Below are positions 47,205-61,033 of a DNA stretch of 64,000 bases, one piece after another (position 1 is the stretch's first letter; each line of letters opens with the position of its first letter). The position numbers and the translations under genes are program-made. Where the stretch lies: positions 20,088,001 to 20,152,000 of the forward strand of contig NC_043023.1 in assembly GCF_006345805.1 (NCBI RefSeq), written 5' to 3'. This stretch comes from Octopus sinensis. Taxonomy: Eukaryota. The notes beneath the pieces were generated by a model. That model saw only the letters and a program-made list of their open reading frames with translations. It made no database searches and was not told the origin of the DNA.

Positions 47205-47797
47205 GGAAGGGCATCCAGCCGTAGAAACACTGCCAAATCTGACTGGGCCTGATGAAGCCTTCCGGCTTCACAGACCCCAGTTAAACCGTCCAACCCATGC
47301 TAGCATGGAAAACGGACGCTAAATGATGATGATGATGATGATGATACCTGTGCCGGTAGCACATAAAAAGCACCATCCGAACGTGGCCGTTGCCAGCGCC
47401 GCCTCGACTGGCTTCTGTACCGGTGGCACATAAAAAGCACCATCCAAACATGGCCAATGCCAGCGCCGCCTCGACTGGCTTCCGTGCCGGTGGCACATAA
47501 AAAGCACCATCCGAACGTGGCCAATGCCAGCGCCGCCTTGGCTGGCTTCCGTGCCGGTGGCACGTTAAAAGCACCAACCGATCGTGGCCGATGCCAGACC
47601 CCCCCCCCCCCGGCATCTGTGCAGGTGGCACGTAAAAAGCACCCACTACACTCGCGGAGTGGTTGGCGTTAGGAAGGGCATCCAGCTGTAGAAACACTGC
47701 CAGATCAGCCTGGTGCAGCCTTCTGGCTTCCCAGACCCCGGTCGAACCGTCCAACACATGCTAGCATGGAGAATGGACGTTAAATGATGATGATGAT
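47205..47797 (+). mobile_element. Two head-to-tail RTE 3'UTR copies; the second has a 5 x 67-bp hairpin array (47350-47640)
   Basis: AC(A/G)T..AAAAGCAC starts at 47361, 47428, 47495, 47562 and 47630; two (TGA)n tails. Confidence 0.85.
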
Positions 47798-48013
47798 GCC
47801 TTATCCCATAGCTTTGAGATTTTGATGTGATTTGTTCATCTCTAGAATGACGTTGTAGGGTCAGTGTAAGAAGCTGGATCTGGCCAGTTTGACCATAAAA
47901 CGGGGAGAATGTTCTGGGCCAGATGTGGCTGGTTTGACTGCTAGAAGATTAATGTGAGGTCAGGCCCCCAAAAAAGGAGGAAAAACTCCAATTTAATTTT
48001 ATTTCTCTTTCAG

Positions 48014-48226
48014 AAATGTTTGCGGTGCCAGGGTCAGAGTGGAACACTCAACAGGGAAAGTTCGTCCGAAACCCTGGATGAGAGGTGGTCGCGGATCATC
48101 GAAGACTAGGAGACCATTCCATCCTGAAGACAGATGCTTTGAATGTGGCGACAGGGGGCACTACGCCTACGACTGCTCTCGGTACAAGCGTACCGGACGA
48201 TCTAGGTACTCGAAGCGGCACTCCAA
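48014..48226 (+). CDS. SRSF7: SRSF7/9G8-type exon: RRM end plus CCHC zinc knuckle
   Basis: (T)[70 protein letters not shown]. The C-x2-C-x4-H-x4-C motif distinguishes SRSF7 from SRSF3. Acceptor ttctctttcag; donor GTAAGT at 48227, possible alternative donor GTACTC at 48206. Confidence 0.9.
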
Positions 48227-50162
48227 GTAAGTACGGGCACAGAACATTTTGACGCCGTCCGGCCACCCCTATCGTTCCCCCACCCTCCGTTATTTATTTT
48301 CCTAACAGTATTTATGACAGTAAGTTGGATGGAGTTGTTTTGGGGTTGCGTGCTTGTTATTTAAGGGTCTATTTGGATGTTGTGTGTGGGGCTAGCATCT
48401 TGATGGTGTATCACAATGGTTATTGGTTGGGTTCCACATTGACCCTTAATGGCTCATGTAAGATATCCTTAAAATTTAGGTGCAGCTAATTGGTTATATT
48501 TCAGTTTTTTTTTTTTAATACGACCCCAAATGATATCTATGTATAAAAATATAATCTTTTAATTGCTTCTGTGATCAGACTGTGGCCGTGCTGGAGCACC
48601 ACCTTGAATTTTTAATGTAATGAATCAACCCTGGGTCTTATTATATTTTAAAGCCTGGTACTTATTCTATTGGCCTTTTTTGTCTAAGTTACAGGGAGAT
48701 AAACAAACCAACACCGGTTGTCAAGTGCTTGTGAGGGACGAATGCACACGTGTATCTGATGGGCTTCTTTCAGTTCCCATCTACCAAATCCACTCACAAG
48801 GCTTTGCTTAGCCCAGGGCTATAGTTGGATTTGAACTCAGAACCACATAAAAACAGATGAAATACCACAGCATTTTGTCTGGCAAGCAAACCTGCCAGCT
48901 CATCGCCTTAATATCGAATTTTGGTGGGGAAGAGGCGGGAGTCGATTACATTGACCCTTAGTTTTTCACTGGTATTTATCAACCCCTGAAAGGATGAAAG
49001 ATAAAATCGACCGCGGCGGAATTTGAACTCAGAACATAGCAGCAGATGAAATAACCTCCAAGCATTTCGCCTAGCGTGCTGACGATTTTGCCAGCCCTAA
49101 TGATAATGATAATAATGATTTTGGCCCAGGGCCAGGAATTTTGAAGGCTAATTTGGTTAAATTGATCCCAGTAATTGACTAGTTATTTTTATCAGCCCCA
49201 AAAAGAAAAAAAAAGGGCAAAGTTGACCTTGGTGGGATTTGAACTCAGAACACACGGAGCTGGAGGAAATGTTAAGCATTTTGTTTAGCACTCCAATGAA
49301 TAGTAATAATAATAATAATCCTTTCTACTTTAGCCACAAAGCCTGTAATTTCAGGGGAGGAGACCAGTCGATTACATCGACCCCAGTGCTCAACTGGTTT
49401 TTACTTTGTCAATCCTGAAAAGATAAAGGTAAAAATATTGACCATTATCAAGGGGCTTCAGATTTAAGGGATGGGGTGGCACCTAAAAAGCAGCATCCGT
49501 TCGTGGCTGTTTGCCAGACTCGTCTGGCACCACCATCCGTTCGTGGCCGTTGCCAGCACCATCCGTTCGTGGCCGGTGGCACGTAAAAAGCACCATCCGT
49601 CCGTGGCCGTTTGCTAGCTCCATCTGGCACCTGTGCGGGTGGCACGTAAATAGCACCCACTACACTCTCGGAGTGGTTGGCGTTAGGAAGGGCATCCAGC
49701 TGTGGAAACACTGCCAGATCAGACTGGGCCTGATGCAGCCTCCTGGCTTCCCAAACCCCAGTTGAACCGTCCAACCCATGCTAGTATGGAAAGTGGACGC
49801 TAAATGATGATGATTGTATAATTAATTTAATTGATCCCATTACATAACTGGTACTTTATACCAGTGGCTCCCACACTTTTTCTGACTGGCACATTCCTAG
49901 CCCCCACCCCCTCCAGTCAGCACCACTAATGTAGATCACTTGCTACAGCAAATTCAAAACAACAGTATTTTATAATTTCATAAATAAAACTTGACCTATA
50001 GGTACTGGAATGGCTGTGTGGTAAGTAGCTTGCTTACCAACCACATGGTTCTGGGTTCGGTCCTACTGCATGGCACCTTGGGCAAGTGTCTTCTACTGTA
50101 GCCTTGGGCCGACCAAAGCCTTGTGAGTGGATTTGATAGACGGAAACTGAAAGAAGCCTGTC

Positions 50163-50164
<2 letters not shown>

Positions 50165-50206
<42 letters not shown>

Positions 50207-51265
50207 ATATATATATATGTATGTGTATGTATATATATATATATGTATGTGTATGTATATATATATATATATATGTATGTGTATGTATATATGTATGTGT
50301 ATGTATATATATATATATGTATGTGTATGTATATATATATGTATGTGTATGTATATATATATATATGTATGTGTATGTATATATATATATTGTATGTGTA
50401 TGTATATATATATATGTATGTGTATGTATATATATGTGTATGTATATATATATATATATATGTATGTGTATGTATATATATATATATGTATGTGTATGTA
50501 TATATATATATATGTATGTGTATGTATATATATATATATGTATGTGTATGTATATATATATATATGTATGTGTATGTATTATATATATATATGTATGTGT
50601 ATGTATATATATATATATGTATGTGTATGTATATATATATTATATGTATGTGTGTGTATATATATATATATGTATGTGTATGTATATATATATATATGTA
50701 TGTGTATGTATATATATATGTATGTGTATGTATATATATATATATATATATGTATGTGTATGTATATATATATATATATGTGTATGTAATGTATATATAT
50801 ATATGTATGTGTATGTATATATATATATATGTATGTGTATGTATATATATATATGTATGTGTATGTATATATATATATATGTATGTGTATGTATATATAT
50901 ATATATGTGTATGTATATATATATATATGTATGTGGTATATATATATATATGTATGTGTATGTATATATATATGTATGTGTATGTATATATATATGATGA
51001 TGTATGTGTATGTATATATATATATTATGTATGTGTATGTATATATATATATATATGTATGTGTATGTATATATATATATATATGTATGTGTATGTATAT
51101 ATATATATATGTATGTGTATGTATATATATATATATATATGTATGTGTATGTATATATATATATGTATGTGTTTGTATATATATATTATGTATATGTATG
51201 TGTTGTATATATATATATATATGTATGTGTTTGTATATATATATGTATATATATGTATGTGTATG

Positions 51266-51306
<41 letters not shown>

Positions 51307-51323
51307 GCATGTATGTGTATGTT

Positions 51324-51368
<45 letters not shown>

Positions 51369-51374
51369 ATGTAG

Positions 51375-51406
<32 letters not shown>

Positions 51407-51475
51407 TGTATGTATATATGTATGGATATATATTATATGATATATTATATATATGTATGTATATGTATGTGTATG

Positions 51476-51509
<34 letters not shown>

Positions 51510-51531
51510 TGTATGTATATGTATGTGTATG

Positions 51532-51567
<36 letters not shown>

Positions 51568-51925
51568 TATGTATGTATATGTATGTGTATGTATATATAT
51601 ATATGTTATATATATATATAATATATATATGTATGTATATATATTATGTGGATGTATATATATATGTATGTATATGTATGTGTATGTATATATATATGTA
51701 TTTTGTATATGTAGTGTATGTAATATGTATGTATATGTATGTGGATGTTAATAGATGCTATATGTATGTGTATGTAATATATGTATGTATATGTGTGTAT
51801 TGATATATATATATATATATATATATGTATGATAGATGTATGATAGTATGTGTATGTATATATATATATAATATATATATATATGTATGTATATGTATGT
51901 ATATATATATGTATGTATATATATA
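50165..51925. repeat. (TA)n-TGTATGTGTATG compound microsatellite
   Basis: Direct reading. Confidence 0.95.
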
Positions 51926-54900
51926 ATCATCATCATCATCATCGTCGTTTAACGTCCGTTCTCATGCTAGCATGGGTTGACGGTTCGACCGGGGTCTGGG
52001 AAGCCAGAAGCTGCACCAGGCTCCAGTCTAATTTGGCAATGTTTCTACAGCTGGATGCCCTTCCTAACGCCAACCACTCCGTGTGAGTGTAGTGGGTGCT
52101 TTTTACGTGCCACCTGCACAGGTGCCAGGCGGGGCTGCACGGCCACGGTCAGATTGGTGTATTTTATGTGCCACCGGCACGGAAGCCAGACGGGCGGTGC
52201 TGTGGCATCGGCCACGAGTTGGATAGTGATTTTACGTACCAGTGCTTTTTACGTACCACCAGACAGGGATCCTGGCTGGTTCAATTCGATTTCGATTTCG
52301 CTTGCCCCAACATGTCTTCACAAGCAAAAGGGGTTGGCAAGGGTGCCTGTCGTACGGTCGCATTGGAGTATTTACGTGCCACGGCCACGAGTCGGATAGT
52401 GCTTTTTCGTACCACCAGACCAGGGATCCTGGCTGGTTCAATTCGATTTCGATTTCGCTTGCCCCAACATGTCTTCACAAGCAAAGGAGGTTGGCATGGG
52501 TGCCTGTCGTACGGTCGCATTGGAGTATTTTTACGTGCCACGGCCATGAGTCGGATAGTGCTTTTACGTACCACCAGCCAGGGATCCTGGCTGGTTCAAT
52601 TCGGTTTCGATTTCGATTCGCTTGCCCCAACATGTCTTCGCAAGCATGGGGGGTTGGCATGGGTGCTGTCGTCGGATGAGGTTCTATATCGACTTCGCTT
52701 GCCTCCCGGTCTTTGTGTCCAAGGGAGGGAAGGCATTCATAAGTGGGCTGGGCTCACTTGTCCTGCCTGGTCTTCTCACGCACAGAATACTTCCAAAGGT
52801 CTCGGTCTCTGGTCATTTCCTCAGTGAGGCCTAAAGTTCGAAGGTCGTGCTTCACCACCTCGTCCCAGGTTTTCTGGGTCTACCTCTCCCACGGGTTCCC
52901 TCAACTGCTAGGGATTGGCACTTTCGCACACACCTATCTTCATCCATTCTCGCCACATGACCATACCAGCGCAATCGTCTCTCTTGCACACCACAACTGA
53001 TGCTTCTTAGGTACAACATTCTCTCAAGGTGCAAACGCTCTGCGAGTATGTACACTGACATTACACATCCATCGGAGCATACTGGCTTCATTCCTCACGA
53101 GCTTACGCATGTCCTCAGCAGTCACGGCCCATGTTTCGCTGCCATGTAGCATGGCTGTTCGTACACACGCATCATACAGTCTGCCTTTTACTCTGAGCGA
53201 GAGGCCTTTAGTCACCAGCAGAGGTAAGAGCTCCCTAAACTTTGCCCAGGCTATTCTTATCTAGCAGTTACACTTTCAGCACACCCACCCCCCACTACTG
53301 ACTTGGTCACCTAGATAACGGAAGCTATCAACTACTTCTAGTTTTTCCCCCTGGAAAGTGACGGAAGTTGTTTTCTGCAGATTTTCGGAGGTTAATGCTC
53401 CCGAGCATCTGCCACAACAAAAACTATCTTCCCAGTAGCCTACCTTTGACATTGCTGCACCTCTTATGTGTCCATAGCTTACACTGGGTACATCTTATAG
53501 AGTTTCTACCTACACCTTTTCTACAGATCGAGAGCAGGGCCATCTTCCTGAGATATTTGTGGATTTGTCTACCTTTCTACTTTTTAGTACTTTGGTTTAG
53601 CTAGGTTGACTCTAAGGCCCCTTGATTTTAAACCCTCCTTCCACACCTGGAACTTCTCCTCCAGTTCTGATAGTGACTCAGCAATAAGAGCAAGGTCGTC
53701 AGCTAGAGGAGCTCCCAGGGACAGCCTGTCTTGAATTCCGCCGTAATTGCCTGGAGTACTATGATAAATAGGAGGGGGCTGAGTACTGAACCCTGGTGGA
53801 CCCAACCTCTACTTTGAATTCTTCTGTGTACATGTGCCAACCCTAACCTTACTTACGGCATCTCTGTACATGGCTTGCACAGTCCTCACCAGCCATTCAT
53901 CTATCCCTAGTTTCCTCATTGACCACCAGATAAGGGATCGGGGGACCCTATCAAAAGCTTTCTCCATGTCAACGAAAGCCAGGTACAGGGGCTTTATCTT
54001 TGGCTAGGTATTCTCCTGCAGCTGCCTTAAAGGAATATAGCATCAGTGGTGCTTTTCCCTGGCACGAACCCAAACTGCATCTCATTTAAACTAACTCTCT
54101 CTAATTAGTTGGGCTATGACCCTCTCCGTAACCTTCATTACTTGATCCAACAGCTTGATACCTCTGTAATATTTGTATCTAGGGCATCACCTTTACCTTT
54201 GTAGCAGTTTGAATAGTATGCTGCTGCACCAGTCATTGGGTATGACTCTTCGTGTATCACCTGGTTGACTATACGGGTGACTAGGTTATAGCCGACACTG
54301 CCAGATATTTGAGCATCTCTGCAGTAATTCCTGATGGGCCTGGGGCTTTCCCTGTCTTCATGCTTCTAATTGCCTTAGCTACCACGAACTATCAACTCGG
54401 ATAGCTGGTCCCTCTGTAGGGTAACATGCGGCAGACTCTCTTATCCATTCATTTTCCTCATTCAGTAACCTTTCATAGTGGCGTCTCCAAGCTTCTCTCT
54501 TTGCATCCTCATTTAGCGCAAGTGAACCATCCTCCATGCGACACATTTCTCTCTACCACATCACGATTTTCTCTCACACACTGTCTTGCAACACGAAATA
54601 CCTCAAGTCTTTCATCCTCTCGCGCAGGACATTGGCAAATTTTTCTCTTATCTGCTTCCCCTCTGGCCAGATAGACCTGTCTTCCTAGCTTCCCTTCTGC
54701 AGCAGTCTGATACCCTCCCTGCTACCACCGTTCTTCCAGGCCTTCCAAGCCTGTGTCTTTTGCTAATCCCCTGTAACAATTTGTTCCACCCACCACGTTA
54801 TTTTGGGTCTTAAGGGGACTTGACTTGCACCAGCACAGATCTGGGTCAGCGGCTTTCAGCAGGTTGTCCCTCAGAAACGTCCAGTTGTCTTCTACCCCAT

Positions 54901-55850
54901 GTGTAGCTATACCCCCCTCTATTTCGTCAAAGGCTTCAAGTAACATGTCTCTAAATCTCTGTCCATTGCAGGTTCTCAGGTCTTTAACTTCCAGACCTTC
55001 TTCTCCATGTTGGTCGTCTTCTAGTCGCCCTCTTAGTCCTGATCCTAAAGTCACGAACACTACAGTCTATGTGTGGGGTGCATTCTTCGCCTGGGAAGGT
55101 TTTTGGCATTTTTAAGCAGCCTATTCTTCCCTTTTTCTGGCAAGGATGTAGTCGATTTGGCTAGTATGCCGGCCGCCGATCGGTAGGTGACCAGGTGGCT
55201 TGTTGGTTCCTGAAGTTTAGTGTTGCAGACCATAAGACTATTCGCATCGCAGAACTCCAGCAGCCTGGTTCCCTCCTCGTTGCGGGAACCATAACCGTAG
55301 CCTCCATGTACGCCATGGAAGCCCCAGCATGTCGTCCAACATGCCATTTGAAATCACCAGCCACAAAGAGAAGGTCCCTGTCGTTCGTCGTTGAGGTGGT
55401 CTGCAGTAGGGTGTCATAGAAACTGTCTTTCTGTCCATCGGTAGCCCTGGCTGAGGGGCATAGGCCGATATAATGGTTGCTAATCTATTATGAAGCACTA
55501 TTCTAATCTTAAGTATCTGTGTCACTTACTCTGATTACCTCAATTACTCTATCTATCCATTTCTCAGCGATAAGTATACCCACGCCACCAACCCCGTCAG
55601 TGTTCCCTGCCCAGAAAATCTATGTACTGTGTTCCTTGCCTGTGAGGACCCTAGCAGATCCTTCATCTCCACCTTATTTCTGCATACAACATACATCAAC
55701 ACGTCTCCGTTCAAGCATCTCGACTATCTCGCCAGACCGACCTTTCAAGTGCCAAGTTGCAACGTTGAGGGTGCCTACCCTGAGGGTGGGGGAGGTGTGG
55801 GCCTCTGAGACCATGGGATGAGGGGCCGGCAGTGTTCTGTACCTGAAAGA
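51926..55850 (-). mobile_element. Near full-length RTE LINE (APE, RT, PHD insert, 3'UTR, (TGA)n) with frameshifts
   Basis: APE start TLRVGTLNV...EIVEMLERRRVDVCCMQ. RT motifs QFGFVPGKSTTDAIF, AFVDMEKAFDRV, QGSVLSPLLF and ADDLAL. The 3'UTR includes a ~158-bp tandem repeat (52240-52650). Confidence 0.93.
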
Positions 55851-55959
55851 AAGCTTGCATTGCCAGATATCATACTGAGACTCTAGACTACAAACCTGCA
55901 TAAATTTCAAAGTTTTTTGCGCCTATATGATCACATAAAACCCTACATAGGGGGCGGGG

Positions 55960-56270
55960 GGGGGGTCAAGAAAGATAGAAAACAGAAACTTCCGTTCTGG
56001 TGGATGGGTGGGAGGGGGGGTCAAGAAAGATAGAAAACAAAACTTCCGGATCTGGTGGATGGTGGGGTCAAGAAAGATAGAAAACAGAAACTTCCCGGTT
56101 CTGGGTGGATGGGTGGGAGGGGGGGTCAAGAAAGATAGGAAACAGAACTTCCAGATCTGGTGGATGGGTGGGTCAAGAAAGATAGAAAACAGAACTTCCG
56201 GATCTGGTGGATGGGTGGGGCAAGAAAGATAGAAAACAGAACATTCAGAAACTTCGGTTTGGATGGGTGG
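55960..56270. repeat. G-rich 47-58 bp tandem repeat, 6 units
   Basis: CAAGAAAGATAG at 55967, 56022, 56069, 56127, 56174 and 56221. Confidence 0.9.
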
Positions 56271-56289
56271 GCGGGCGGGGGGCACCTCC

Positions 56290-57600
56290 AAGGAACAACG
56301 GCTTTAAGTTAATTACGTAGGGAATTTCTGCAACAGAAATTACTGAACATCTAGAAGCTTCGGGGTTCGGAGGGAGAGGGATGTAATTGTATTAAAAGAG
56401 AGAGAGAAAAATATTTCGAGATTTAGGGTAGGGGATATTTAGGGTATCTTTGGGAAAAGGGAATAACGACGAAGGGAACAACAGGTTTAAGTTAGTACGT
56501 AGGAATTTTCTGCACAGAAATTAACTGAACATCGAAGCTTCGGGGTTCGAGAAGAATGTAATATAAATAAGAGAGAGAGAAAATATTTCGTAGGGGATTT
56601 AGGGTATCTTTGGGAAAGGAATAACGACGAGGGACAACAGGTTTTAAGTTAATACGTCGGGAATTTTCTGCAACAGAAATTACTGAACATCTAGAAGCTT
56701 CGGGGGTTCGAGAGAAGTAACGAATGTAATATAAATAAGAGAGGAGAGAGAAAATATTTCGTAGGGGATTTAGGGTATCTTGGGGAAAGGAATAACGAAG
56801 AACGAAGGAACAACAGGTTTAAGTTAATACGTAGGGGGACGAAATTTATCTCTGAACATCTAGAAGCTTCGGGGGTTCGAGAAGAATGAATATAAATAGA
56901 CTATTCAGGTCGGGGGTTCGAGAAGAATGTAATATAAATAAGAGAGAGGAGAAAATATTCGTAGGGGATTTAGGGTATCTTTGGGGAAAGGAATAACGAC
57001 GAAGGAACAACAGGTTTTAAGTGTAATACGTAGGGAATTTTCTGCAACAGAAATTACTGAACATCTAGAAGCTTCGGGGGTTCGAGAAGAAATGTAAATA
57101 ATAAGAGAGAGAGAGAAAATATTTCGTAGGGGATTTAGGGTATCTTTGGGGAAAGGAATAACGACGAAGGAACAACAGGTTTTAAGTAAATACGTAGGAA
57201 TTGTCTTGCAACAGAAATTACTGAACATCTTCTAGAAGCTTCGGGGGTTCGAGAAGAATGTAATATAAATAAGAGAGAGAGAAAATATTTCGTAGGGGAT
57301 TAGGGTATCTTTGGGGAAAGGAATAACGACGAGGAAAGGAACAAGGTTTTAAGTAATACGTAGGGAATTTCCTGCGACAGAAATTACGAAACATCTAGAA
57401 GCTCGGGGGTTCGAGAAAGAATTAATTATAATAAGAGAGAGAAAATATTCGTAGGGGATTTTGGTATCTTTGGGGAAAAGAATAACGCGAAGGAACAACA
57501 GGTTTAAGTTATACGTAGGGAATTTTCTGCGACAGAAATACTGAACATCAGAAAGCTTCGGGGTGTGCGAGAAGAATGTTAATATAAATAAGAGAGAGAG
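56290..57600. repeat. ~160-165 bp satellite, about 8 indel-rich units
   Basis: TACGT(A/C)GG at about 56314, 56496, 56653, 56828, 57027, 57191, 57357 and 57512. Confidence 0.9.
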
Positions 57601-58058
57601 ATATTAGATATGTTATATATATATGTATATATATTATATATTATTATATGTACTATATATATATATATAATATATATATGTAATATATGTGTATAGATAT
57701 ATATTAATAGGTATATATATATATATTAGTAGATAGTATTATTTATATATGTATATATTATATGTATATGATATATATATAGTAGTTATATGTAGATATA
57801 TATGTAGATATCGATATATATATTATATATGTAATATATATATATATATATATTATAGATGGAGATATATATGATCTATATTATATATATTATATTATGT
57901 ATATATATATGTATATTATATATATATATTATATATGTATATATATATGAGTATATATATATATATATTATAGTATTATATTAGATATGTATTATATATA
58001 TAAGTATATATGTATATATATAGTATATATATATTATATATATTAGATATTGTATATA

Positions 58059-58102
<44 letters not shown>

Positions 58103-58424
58103 GTATATATATATATATATATTAGATATGTATATTATATATTGTATATATATATATATTAATTATATATGTATATATATATGTATATATATAATATATA
58201 TTATATAGGTATATATATATGTATATATATATATATTATATATGTATATATATATGTATATATATATATTATATATGGTATATATAATGTATATATATAT
58301 ATATTGTATATGTATGTATGTATATTATATATTTATAATATGTATATATATATATATATATTATATATGTATGTATGTATATATATTATGTATAATTATA
58401 TATTATATTATATATGTATGTATG

Positions 58425-58472
<48 letters not shown>

Positions 58473-58588
58473 GTATGTAGTATATATATATTTGTATATA
58501 TATATATATTATTATGTATGTATGTAATGTATATATGTATGTATGTATATATATATATGTAATAATATATATATATTATATATGTATG

Positions 58589-58633
<45 letters not shown>

Positions 58634-58639
58634 GTTATT

Positions 58640-58681
<42 letters not shown>

Positions 58682-58867
58682 ATATATATATGTATTATAT
58701 ATATATATAATGTATGTATGTATATATGTATATATATATATATTATATATGTATGTCTATATATATATGTATGTATATATATATATGTATGTATATATAT
58801 ATATATATTTATATATGTATGTATATATATATATATATTATATATATATATATATTATGTATGTATG

Positions 58868-58899
<32 letters not shown>

Positions 58900-58982
58900 T
58901 TATATATGTATGTATATATTATAGATGTATATATATTATATATATTATTATATATGATGTTAGTATGTAGTATTATATATGA

Positions 58983-59016
<34 letters not shown>

Positions 59017-59754
59017 ATTATATATGTAATATATATATATAATATTATATGTATGTATGTATATATAATATATGTTATATATTATATATATATAATGTAT
59101 GTATAGTATATATCTATATGTTATATATATATATATATATTATATATGTATGTATGTATATATATATATGATATATATATATTATTATATATGTATGTAT
59201 GTATATATTATATGTATAATATATATCTATATATTATTATATGTATGTATATGTATTATATTATATATGTCTATATATATATATTTATTATATTATGTAT
59301 GTATTTGTATATATATATATGTATCTGTATGTAATATATAAGTATATATATATTATATATATATTATATATGTATGTATGTATATATTATATATGTATAA
59401 TATATATATATATTATATATTGTAGTATGTATATATATATATGATATGTATGTATGTATATATATGTATATATATATATATATATATTATATATGTATGT
59501 ATGTATATATATATATGTTATATATATATATATATATGTATGTATATATATTATATAATAATATATTATATATGTATGTATGTATATATTATATGTATAT
59601 AATATATATTATATATGTATGTATGTATGTTATATATATATATATGTATATATATATATTTATATGTATGTATGTATTATAGATATATATATGTATATAT
59701 GTATGTATATATAATATGTATAATATATATATATTAGTATGTAGTATGTATATA

Positions 59755-59785
<31 letters not shown>

Positions 59786-60501
59786 TAGTATATCTTATGT
59801 ATGTATGTATATATATATATGATATATATATATTATATATGTATGTATATATATATAGTATATATATATATATATATATGTATGTATAAGATATTATATA
59901 TATTATAGAGATATATGTATTATATATATATGGTATATATATATATATATATTATTATATGTATGTATGTATATTAATATATATATTATATATGTATGTA
60001 TGTATGTATATATGTGATATATATATATATATTATATATGTATGTATGTATGTATATATATATATGTATATTATTATTATGTATGTATGTATATATATAT
60101 ATGTATGTATATATATATTTATTATGTATGTATGTATGTATATAATATTATGTATATATATATTATGTATGTATGTAATATATATATATTATGTTGTTGT
60201 ATAATATATATATGTATATATATTATATATATTATGGTATGTATATATATATATGTAATAATATTATATATTATCTATGTATATATATATATATGTAATA
60301 TATATATATTTAGATATGTATGTATGTTAATATTAATATGTATATATATAGATATATTATGTATGTATATATATATATGATGTATATATAATATATATAT
60401 TATATATGTAGTATTATATCATATATATATATATATGTATGTATGTATATAATATATATGTTATATATATATATTATATATGTATGTATATATTATATAT
60501 G

Positions 60502-60533
<32 letters not shown>

Positions 60534-60629
60534 TTATATATGTATGTATTATATATATGTATATATATATATATTATATGTATGTATGTATATATATAGA
60601 TATGTATATATATATATTATATATGTATG

Positions 60630-60660
<31 letters not shown>

Positions 60661-60915
60661 TATATATGTATGTATATATATATATAGATATGTATATATA
60701 TATTATATAGTATGTAGATATATATTATATATATGTATATATATATTATATATGTATGTATATATATATATATATGTTATTATATATATATTATATTATT
60801 ATATATGTAGTATATATATTATATATGTATGTATATATTATATTATATATATATGTATATATATATATATTAGTATATAGTAATATATATATATATTTAT
60901 ATGTTTATATATATG

Positions 60916-60952
<37 letters not shown>

Positions 60953-61033
60953 GTATGTTATATATATATATATATGTATATGTATGTTTATATATATATG
61001 TATATGTATGTATATAATATATATATATATATA
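57600..61033. repeat. 3.4-kb degenerate (TA/TATG)n microsatellite
   Basis: Direct reading. Confidence 0.95.

Noticed and set aside
50123-51751. 542-aa ORF and the many other Y/I/M/C/V- or H/T/Y-rich ORFs (7061-7812, 12551-13156, 35107-36552, 58169-61183)
   Set aside because: They are translations of (TA)n/(TG)n/(TATG)n microsatellites, which lack stops in some frames; not proteins.
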